Below, one piece after another: positions 35,201 to 45,386 of a DNA stretch of 64,000 nt. The stretch spans positions 9,238,001 through 9,302,000 of the forward strand of contig OZ176053.1 in the NCBI GenBank assembly GCA_964247055.1, given 5' to 3'. Origin of the DNA: Paragordius varius. Lineage: Eukaryota; Animalia; Nematomorpha. Below the pieces are notes generated by a model that was not told where the DNA came from, made no database searches, and saw only the letters and a list, made by a program, of their open reading frames with translations. Position 1 is the first letter of the stretch, and each line of letters starts with the position of its first letter. The position numbers and the translations under genes are program-made.

Positions 35201-38200
35201 AAATAAAATTCTGAGGTTTTGAAGATAATTCTGTATTCTCCAAACTAGTAATAAGCGTCAAACTTGAAAAAATTTGTTTTAAGATAAAATATGCTTTTCT
35301 CAAAATATTTTGATGTAGTATTCTGGCATATATGAAAAATATCGGGTAGAATCAGCTGTTTAATTTATTTTAAATCACTAAAAACCAAGGGATTTTTGGA
35401 GCTCATACAAAAACTAACATTTAATATATTTAATTTAAAATACAATTCATAATGTATATTATCAAAAATGTTTGAATTAGCTTCTAGCAACCAATAATTA
35501 ACAATCCGTACCATTTTATATCTTAGTTTTCATTTAATTTTTTATCCCAGTTTTTATCTAAAGAGGTTTATTATAAACGAATTAGAAGTATTATATTACT
35601 GTATTAATGTTCATTATTAAGCTAAAATTTATATTTAAAGATGCGAATCGTATCCCAAAATTATTTTTTTAATATAAAAAATTTAATTTTAAACATTTTA
35701 AACAACTAACTCTGCCTAGAAGTGTTGTCTATGATAATAGTTTTTAAGATATTAGGTTTATAATCAGCTTTTAATTAAAATTTTGCTAATATAGTTATTT
35801 TTCACATATTCAAAACCGTTTTATATTGAATTATATAAGTTTGCAGTATTATTTTTTGAAAAGTGGGGTTAACCGATTACTTTTAGTTCAAGGGGTTTGG
35901 GAACCCTGTTGAACCCATGTTGATTTGATATAAATAGTAAATTTGGGGTTTCTTCCAAGTTTTAATTAAATAAAAGTTCATATCCCACCTATCTTTTCTA
36001 GAATAATAGCTTTCGAGCCAAATGGTTCAATTATTTGTTTTGGAGACATGGATGATCCAAAATCCATTTTATTTAAGGCATATTTGGAAAACTGGAAAAT
36101 TATATATTCCCTTAACAATACGAGTCATGCGATTGATCATGATATTTTGAAGTATGGAAACGCAATAAGTCTTTCGTTGGGATATATTAATCAAGTAACC
36201 TATAAATACTTTTCCCAATATCTATGTCAGTGTATTCGTCCAATTTTTGTAACAAATGTATATATTATATGTATACATTTAGAAATTATACTTCTCTTTG
36301 AGTTATATGTCCTTAAACAAGTCCAAAATTTCGAGGCATCCATTCCTTTTAAAGTATGAATTTGTTGCATAAATAATTTTATAGGCACAATCCTCTAACA
36401 GGAATAGTAAGTGTGGGAATCTGTCCTCATAATAATCAAGTTGTGCCTAGTGTACACGCATTGATATCAAAGCCCATTATTGTTTATGAAAATTATTCGG
36501 GTAAAATATGTAATTTATATTGTTAGAAATGCCCAAAAATATTTATGAAAATAATTATGATGATTCTTTGCCGAGCAGTGTTTTACAACTTCACAGTCCA
36601 GGTTAATTTTTTTAATATAATTTTTTCTTTTTAGATAACAGTGTTACAGTCGAATATTTTAACAAATCCGTTCATACAATCCCTTTATCGTTTATGGGAA
36701 AAACATACAGGGCTGTATTCAAATTTAAGACATGCGCAAAATCATACAAAATATCAATTTTGCAGAATGACCAATTGATATACATGATAAATCAAGAATG
36801 GAACGATGTCCAAACTTGCCTGGCTAAGTCAAAGGAATGGATAGAGATTTCCACAAAGCTAATTAATCAATCCAATTTTTCGATGAAATTCGATCGCTGT
36901 GTTCTGGTACTATTTAATACCACAAAATATATTAATTAACTTATCATTAAAAAAAATAAAAACCATCTTTGAGTCCTGGACAAGCGAGTGTTAAGCTATA
37001 GGTTTGCTTAACACAATTTATATATTTTCTATACTTTAATAAAAAAAGAGATTTAGACTGTATGAGTTGATTAAAAAATTTGACAGTTATTTAAATTTTT
37101 GTAATTTCATAATTATCGATAATCAATATAACCATAATTATTTTAGTTTATAGTGATAAACAAATATAAAATTACATTTTATTTTATTTGTCACAATTAG
37201 ACTATACCTACCAAATACAATATCTCGCTTAAATTTGAAGCTATTGAATCCCAAGATTTATGCAACAAGGTCCGGCAATTATTTATTTTCAAACTTTTGA
37301 AATAATTTTTACTGTATAAATAATGTATGGTATTGGTACCGGCACCTTTTATTATACTATAACAATAAAAAAAATACATGTATATATATATATATATATT
37401 GTAAAAATAATTAAATATAATCTTATGTCAAAATCATCGTTAAATAACGTAAAAATAAAATATAATTTATTAATTCTCAAAATTTTCGCCATAGGCATCA
37501 TCAGGAGATTATTTAAGAAAAATATATATAATATAAGATAATAAAAATTAAATTTAAGAAAAATGAACAAAATCATGATTGATATTACTTATATAGGAAA
37601 AAATCACAAAAGAACTGTTAATGGACAAAAGAAATTTTTCTTAAATAATCTCTTGATGATGCCTATGGCGAAAATGAGAATTAATAAATTATATTTTGTT
37701 TTTACTATATTTTACGACGATTTTGACATCATTTACATTACAAACCCCGTCACCCACTCAATCAAATAATAATTAAATATTATAATGTGTCTTATTAGAT
37801 ATATCTCATTCAAACGAACACGCACATGATATCAAATCATTCGTTTTTAAATCAAATCCCCAACAAAACTAATTTAGGTAAACTTATTTATTTAAAGAAT
37901 TGATCGTAAGGTATAATATAGGCTACTTTGAAGTATATTTAATAAGTTTTTAAACGAAAAATAGGATCAATTTTAATCGTTTAGCAATTATTGAGTGAAA
38001 AGCCTCTGATAAAATATTTTTTCAACATTTTTATAAAAATGAAACACTTTGAAATTTAGTTTGCTAGTCTATTCTTTAATAAATAATATAATTAAGTAAA
38101 ATTAGTGTGGTTTATTATTTATTTTTTAATTTAGATTGGTACTGTACACATTTGTCTCCCTGTCAAAATCATGAAGTATGCCGATCAAATATTTTGTCCA

Positions 38201-41200
38201 ATTATGGTTTAATATGCACAGACTCAAACCTGCCAGAAGTAGTTTATAAAAATTATAATTTTAATTCCTCGATCATGTTTTCACATTTTCCATTAGGTTT
38301 ACAAACAAAATCCCGCAATAGCCTACAAGAACAATTACTCAAATTTACAACAAGGTATTACTCAAATATACCTAATAAAAAGATTGAACTTCATTTATCA
38401 TCACTATGTTTAGCGTTTATATTTTAATGTTTGAAATATCGTCATGTTGTTGGAAAATAATTTATAATTTGTTATGTAATTTCTCTAGAATTAAACCACT
38501 GGTGTTTGGATACAGATATTATGGAACAACTTCGATGTCGTACATTATTGTTAGTAAACGGTTTATTTAAGATCAATCAAAGTTCTAGTCGAATTGAGAA
38601 GATTCGTTTAGCTCTTGAAGCTGACCAATATCTCCAGTTTCTAAATGAAACTCTACATTTAACAAATTACGTCATGCAAGAAGTTCCATTCTATGAAATA
38701 AAGCATTTCGTGAATTTACTGTTTCAGTTTATGTGTGATCATATAACAAACGTAGAAAAACTTTTACAATACTCAAACAATTTCTCACAAATTCAATTAT
38801 GGGAGTTTTTTCATCATTTGACGAATGATTTGTTACGATATATACCAGACCTTTTTATTTTTCGAAGACAATATGTATGTATAACAGAAAAATTGTCAGA
38901 CGAGCTGGGAAATTTGGGAATTTTGGGGAAACATTTTCACAAAATTACAGAATTGGGAAGTAAGACTATTTTAACTCTTAAGTCATATAAAATAGTTTTT
39001 GTAAGTTTTGTTAATTACTATTTAAAACCGTAAACTGTTTTCAGTTTATATTTTCAATTAATAATTAATTCATTTATATTTATTACTAGCGTAAACCTCG
39101 TGCTGCTACGCAGCCCGAGGAAGTCATTCGGACTTTTGAAGGGGGGGGGGGGGGGGGGGGCTATTTGAAAAAAGGGACAATAAAATGATCCATATATGTG
39201 GATTATTTCGAAACAATATTTAATAGCTATGATCTCATAAGATTTTCAAAACGGTGCATTTATACTAATATATTGTTTACTGGTGTAAAGACCCCAAATT
39301 GACGGCTATCGGAAAAAAACGCTATATTATAATTTTTTTTATGGGTAATATTTAAAGCCTTTATTAAACTCGTATGGCTTCTTAAATATTTTGAAAATTA
39401 GCTCCAAAGCGACGCCATTTTTGTATGGCCTTAGTTTGAAACCGGTAGACCCCTACCCATAGGCTTATGTGGAAAAAGTGCTCAGTTAAATTTTTGCCTT
39501 TATAGGGAAAATATTTGGAATCATCTTTGAGATCATCGTCTCATGGGTTATTCGATAAAATACCTCAACATTAAATAGTCGTTATATGATGGCGTATTTT
39601 TAGGGCATAAAGGCCCCAAGTTAACGGCTAATAAAAAAAGCTTGACCTTATTTTCCTAGTTCTGGGTAATATTTAAAACTTAAAATATGAGCTCATATGG
39701 CATAAGTTTTAAATTAGTTCCAAAACAACGCAATTTCTATATAGTGGCACGGTTTTTGGCGGGTAGCTTCTTACCCAGAGGCAGGTATAAAAAAGCATCG
39801 GGCAAAATTTTGTCTTTTTATGGGGAATATCTAGAATTATAATGTCCATATGTTCCTATAAGTTCTTAGAAATATTACTTCAAAACCACAAAATTGTTCT
39901 ATGGCGGCGAATTTTTCAGGGCGTAAAACTTTTATTAGTGCTCATTGAAATAACCCCCTATACTAAAATATTTGTTTTTTTAAGGGGTAAAAAATATTTT
40001 ATCTCTTAATGAACTCACATAGTCTCATAAGTTTTCTGAAATTTAGCTCCAAAGTCATGCTGTATCGATATAGGGACGCATTTTTACGCGGGTAACCCCT
40101 TCCCAGAGCCTATTTAACCACTAATTTAAAAAATCCGCTCGATTTAAATTTTTGCCTTTTTACGGGTAATATTTCAGCCTTATAAAACTTATATTGACTG
40201 ATTTCTGAAAATTAACTCCTAAACAACGCAATTTTGATATGGTGGCCCAGTTTTAGGATGGTAGCTCCCTACTTAGAGGCCAATATAAAAAAGACGTTCG
40301 ATAATATTTTCTGCCTTTATATGGGAATACCTAGAATCATCATTTATTCCATATCTTAATAGTTTATGGAAGAATGGCTTCAAAACTAAATAATAGTTCA
40401 ATGATAGAGCATTTTTTAGGGCTTAAAGGGCCTATTTAACCGCTAATTTAAAAAAACCACTCGACTTAAATTTTTGACTTTTTACGGGTAATATTTTAAG
40501 CAGCTATTGAACTCATATGGCCTGTAGCCCCAAAGGCACGCTATTTCGATATGACAGGTCAGTTTTTAGCGGGTATCTCCTTACTCAGCAGCTATCATCA
40601 AAGAAACGAATACGTGGAATCCTTATTGAATTTTTACGGTCTCATACCTTGGGCGAAAAATAGAATCAAAAAAGTATTTTTGTGGACTTTGTTTTTTGAA
40701 AAAAGTGGCATTTTACGGAAGGAGCGGGTAAAAAGAGGGCCTAAATTAAAAAGCGAGCCGACTATGTTCGGAGCAATCAAAAATAAGTAAACAAAAATAA
40801 TATTGGAAATCGAATGGTCCAAAACGTTTTCCGGAAAATTGTCTCAAAGACACGATTTTTGTGGACTTCTGTTTTTAAAAAAAACCGTTTTTTACATGGG
40901 GTGGGCCCGAACTGAGCGCCTAATTCAAAAAAAGGGCGGAGCTATTGTCGGGGCATTTATTAATGATTACATTTTTTTGACATTTGGATTTGAATGGGTC
41001 TACCGGTTTTCCGGAAACAAATCACAAAGCCAGCATTTTCCATTTTTATAAATATATAGATAAATTATCTGCACACATGATGATAAAGTTTTTTAATTTT
41101 TTTACAAAAGATATATAATTTAATTATTGATAAAATCGATGAATCAGCCAAATTATGAATAAAAAATATCCACTCTAAGTTCGATAGGAAATACTATGTA

Positions 41201-44200
41201 AGCTACGAAATAATTTTTGTAAAAAAATTGAAAGGAATTCAATACCGCTAAAAATGTTAATACAGTTAAAAACTTGGCTCGATAATTGGTATAATAGGCA
41301 AATTAAAAACATCCGAGGTCCATAAAAATGTACCGACTTTAATTACTTTTAGCGTCGGCTCCTTTTAATGAAAATTTAGGGTTTTATTTCCAACCTCTTA
41401 TTAATTGGATTTTATTTTTTTTGATAGGTTTCAAAAAAGGAGCGATTCATATATCTTCAAAAATATCCCATGATATAACGTTAAGCCCGGATGTAACGGT
41501 TTTATTTGATGCCTTACACAATGAAGAACGCTTACTGCAATATGCATCATTTATAACTGAAGGTGCTGTTGGAAAAAGGTTAGATAACTAATTTCTATAT
41601 TTATTTTTAATTCATTATTTTTACCTTATCAAGCAGATATATGCAGTATAATTTTTTGTTTTAGATTTGGTGATTATACAATCATGTCTCCGACAATTTC
41701 TTTGAACATTAATTATCGGACACCAATCAATCCAACTACTCTTAAATTAAAATTTTATAAGAAGGTCATATACAGTTATACTAAATTCCAGAATTATAAA
41801 AACATAAACTTTACTTGTTTACTCTTAAATACAAATGAAAACTTATGTTCCATCTCTAAGCCAAACAATGAGTCGTTTTGGGAATGTTTTTGTAAAACTA
41901 ATCTGAATTCAACAAAGATAATTGTAATGATTGTTGCAAAGAAATATCCGATATCACATTGGCGAGCTGTATGGAATACGTCATTTTTAACTATCACAGC
42001 CATATCAATTCTATTTCTTATACGTTTGTGGATTCTTCTATCCCAAATTTACGCAAAATACGTCTATTTTACAAAAATTAATTATCTTTTAATGTCTATT
42101 AATCTATTAAACCTTACTATGGATGTGTTGGCTTTAATGTACACAGGAACGAACAATAAATCGGAGGTACTACTAATAGTTATTGTTAAATTTATTTATA
42201 ACAATATTATTTATTTTACAAATAAATTACTTTTAGAATAAAATTACTTAATTTAAATAAAGTATTTTGATGTCACAGCACATATATTTTATAGGAATCC
42301 CAAATTATCTACCACATTTTAACCTATTTAATTGTTGAAACTATGCTATGCAATTTATTGGATCACAAATTATCGGTAAACAATGTTTATAGCCTAAAAC
42401 CAAAGCCAATTTCTCCCTACACAAAAATGTTATTATTGACCATGCCAATTTTAATGATGGTTACATGGACTAAAATGGAATACCTAATATCGAACTATGT
42501 CAAGAAATTTAACAAGTAGTTTAAATTTCAAAATTAAATTTTAAATTAATATTGGTTGTGGAAAGCAATTTATAATCCACTTAATGGTGCATACACTTAA
42601 GGACATGTGAAGAGCATTTCAGGCATTTATAGCTTAAAGAAATGGCCAAATGGTATAAATGACTGAAATATCCTGTGGCCTAGGTGGCGATAGAAGAATT
42701 TTGGATCCTTTTTGTGGCTAGGCAAAATTATATATAACGTAAAAAGTTCGAAGAAAACATGGGACTACTTGAGTTGGCTTAATTTGTGTTAGCTGAACGG
42801 CATATTCACATGGCCATAATTAGTTATTGGAATATATAGATAGTTTCTATCTTAAAGCTCTCTGTGTAATTAAAATATAGCATGGTAAAAAACAAATATC
42901 AACTGGTTTTACAATCTAATGTGTCGAATAAATTATTAACAAGCCACATTTATTAAATTTTTCATAAAATATTACATCCATAATATTATATCCGATATTT
43001 TATGAAATGTATTGCTTTTATTGAGTTTAGAAATTAATAATATTTTTTTCGGAATGCATTTAATGTTCAAAGAAATTGGTATGATATTTAATGATCCGAT
43101 AGATCAATAAGAATGTTAAATGTCGTTTCTAAGCAAATTTCCGGAAAAAATATAGGGCTATTCGATTCAATATGCTTATATTTCATTTTAAACTGTACAG
43201 AGTCAAGCTTAGTTGAAAGCCTCTTGTTAAGCTTCACACCATTTAAAAATGTATTTAAAATATTTATTAAAATATAACCTTATTTATCGTAAGCTTTATA
43301 TTTACGAATGCCTGGAAGCACGTTTATATCCTTACTTTAAGTTCCATCTTATGTGTTTTTTTCAGTAAATACTAGTTTCCAAATTAGTTTTTAGGGCAAT
43401 ATTCTAGAACACAATAAGGTTGAATCATTTGGTCTTTTATCTTTCAGTTAATTTTATAAAGAGCCCAATAAAACGTTTAATTATTGACCCCTGTGAGAGG
43501 TGAATGAAAACCAGAAAGTTTTAAACTATTTGTTAAATAATTGCTATTAACAATTTTGCTTTAACAAAGTCCACATGTGCAGATTATCAATTTAGGCGCT
43601 GTTTTTTTGCCCCATACTGAGGTAAAAATTGTCAAAAGCGAATAATCTTTAGAAACAATATTTTGGGTAATATAAAATGGCATACGGTTAGCTTTTGGCA
43701 ATAGATTTAATTATACTTAATTGATAATAGAAATTTGTCTTATATCTCGTTATATTTATAATTTTTATAATAATATTTGAAATGAACACTGACGTTTTGA
43801 CTTTAAATTGTCAACTTTAGTCACAGCGACGCATTGTTAAATACAGCTAGAGTGTCCAAATAGCGATGTGACTTTATAAGTTTTTTTGCTTTACGGTCGA
43901 AATTAAATATTTTTCAATATTTTATATATAATTTTATTTATGTATAAAGGTCAAAATTATCCCTCTTCAACTCAGAACTTCTCATCGTAATAATTTTGGG
44001 ATGCATCGTTATATATTTGATTACTTTTACCATTTATCAACGAATTAAATTAGAACGGAAAACATTAGTTTATGTCCGTATGGTGAAAGTTATTTTTACT
44101 CAAGTTACTTGTATGACCTGCGTTTTGGTCATTGATATACTTAATTGGATGACGTTTATTGCTGCTAACGCGTACACAAAAAATAAATCACCCATCCTCT

Positions 44201-44655
44201 ATAATGTGATGTTTGGCGTCTTCATTATAATCCTTATTATAACTACCATTTTTTATTCCGTTCTCTATGCTTTACGAGATAATTCTCTTTTAGAACTTAC
44301 CATAAAATCTTGGGAAAGCCTTGCAAATGTTGCGGTCTTCTTTCAATCCTTAATACATGATGGATGTTTGAGTATTCAAAACTTCCATTCTAATATATTG
44401 GATGGCAAATCTCTCTTTGAATCTTTCACAGCTTCTCAATATATTGCGGTAGGACGGTTTAATAATAAGAAAAACAATAATAATATTCCAAAAAATGAGA
44501 ATGCTGGTGGTAAACGTCGAGAAGATGTTGCATCATGGCTCTATGTAAAATCAAACAGTGATTTGCAAAAAGAATTTCATCGCACAGTTAACACTTATGT
44601 CAAAACGAGCGATATTGAGGAGGAAAATGGAGTACAACACAGAACCGATATATGA
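29027..44655 (+). CDS. fmi: Divergent Flamingo/Starry night/CELSR-like 7TM cadherin (adhesion GPCR), ~17 exons, ~2200 aa
   Basis: Proposed exons: 29027-31590, 32269-32465, 34085-34693, 34750-34858, 36002-36257, 36283-36353, 36385-36500, 36527-36601, 36635-36906, (37201-37269 uncertain), 37799-37877, 38135-38296, 38489-38959, 41428-41578, 41665-42166, 42295-42515, 43950-44655. Signal peptide; seven Dx(N/D)(D/N)NxP-type cadherin ends plus an atypical eighth repeat; Flamingo-box-like DQIHETKAKIFLTVLNLKEHMLKNSVTMQF; one EGF-like segment; GPS-like CFC; hydrophobic TM segments; C-terminal RTDI (PDZ class I-like). Cadherin part is secure; middle exons are less so. Confidence 0.75.
31943..32158. mobile_element. 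Palindromic Tc1/mariner-type MITE (long hairpin) in fmi intron 1
   Basis: TA|CTGTCATATATCCTTT ... AAAGGAGACATGACTG|TA. Inner arms 31962-32034 and 32061-32133 pair with few mismatches around a 26-nt loop. Confidence 0.75.
32910..34033. mobile_element. Chapaev3/CACTA-like non-autonomous element in fmi intron 2
   Basis: TIR CACTGGACAACAAATTTT / AAAATTTGTTGTCTAGTG; 3-bp TAA on both sides. An inverted, diverged copy lies at 51525-52522. Confidence 0.8.
37425..37729. repeat. Intronic inverted repeat, ~97-bp arms with ~110-nt loop
   Basis: 37425-37523 and 37634-37729 are reverse complements; this produces the near-duplicate ORFs 37352- and 37563+. No clear TSD. Confidence 0.85.
39086..41060 (-). 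mobile_element. Non-autonomous Helitron with internal ~160-bp degenerate satellite, in an fmi intron
   Basis: Minus strand: A|TCTATATATTTATAAAAATG at the 5' end (41060). The 3' end has an 11-bp-stem hairpin (plus strand CCTCGTGCTGC-TAC-GCAGCCCGAGG, 39096-39120), then CTAG|T (39086-39089). Inserted at A^T with no TSD. G20 tract at 39141-39160. Confidence 0.9.
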
Positions 44656-45032
44656 TGTGATACATAAAAGTTATAATAGATCTGATTTGGCTAATTACAA
44701 ATTATAAAATGATAAATTTAAAAGTTAAAATGCCAATCTGCAAAACATTTTTATCTAAACCAATATTTAAATTCACCACCATTAAATGATTAATAAACAA
44801 TTTTATCATTTTTTTTAAATTTATAATATTATTGTTAATCAGAATCATACGTTTTAAAAATACCTAATTATATAATATAATAACGTTTTTTTATTCCATA
44901 CTAATAAAATTAAAGAGCACTAACTAAAAACAGGTTTTGATTGCAGAATTCCCTATTCCCCATTTATTAAAAATTTTTAATCTACATAATTTTATGAACT
45001 GCATTTTTAACCGAAAATTTGATACTCTATAA

Positions 45033-45302
45033 CAGTGGTTCCCAACCTTTTTATTGACGCCCCACCAAATTGAAAAAAATTCTTGCGTCCTCCTGTCAAA
45101 AAATCCAAGAAAAAAATATTATACTCTATTATTATATAAAAATCCAATCGATGAGATCCTTATATCTGCATTTTGTGAAATATTTTTTCCATATTGGTGA
45201 CAAATCTTGATAATTCAAATCTTTCAAATTCTAATTTTATTTTTTATCCATATTTTTCGATCGGCCCTTGGGGGGCGTTGCCCCCCCTTTTGGGAATCAG
45301 TG
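45033..45302. mobile_element. hAT MITE, 270 bp, between the convergent fmi and NHE 3' ends
   Basis: CAGTGGTTCCCAA / TTGGGAATCAGTG; perfect 8-bp TSD CTCTATAA (45025-45032, 45303-45310). Confidence 0.85.
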
Positions 45303-45386
45303 CTCTATAATATTATATAAAATGTATATATAGTATATTTTATTTTTTACGATATGTAATAAATATATATTATATGAGATGTGGTC

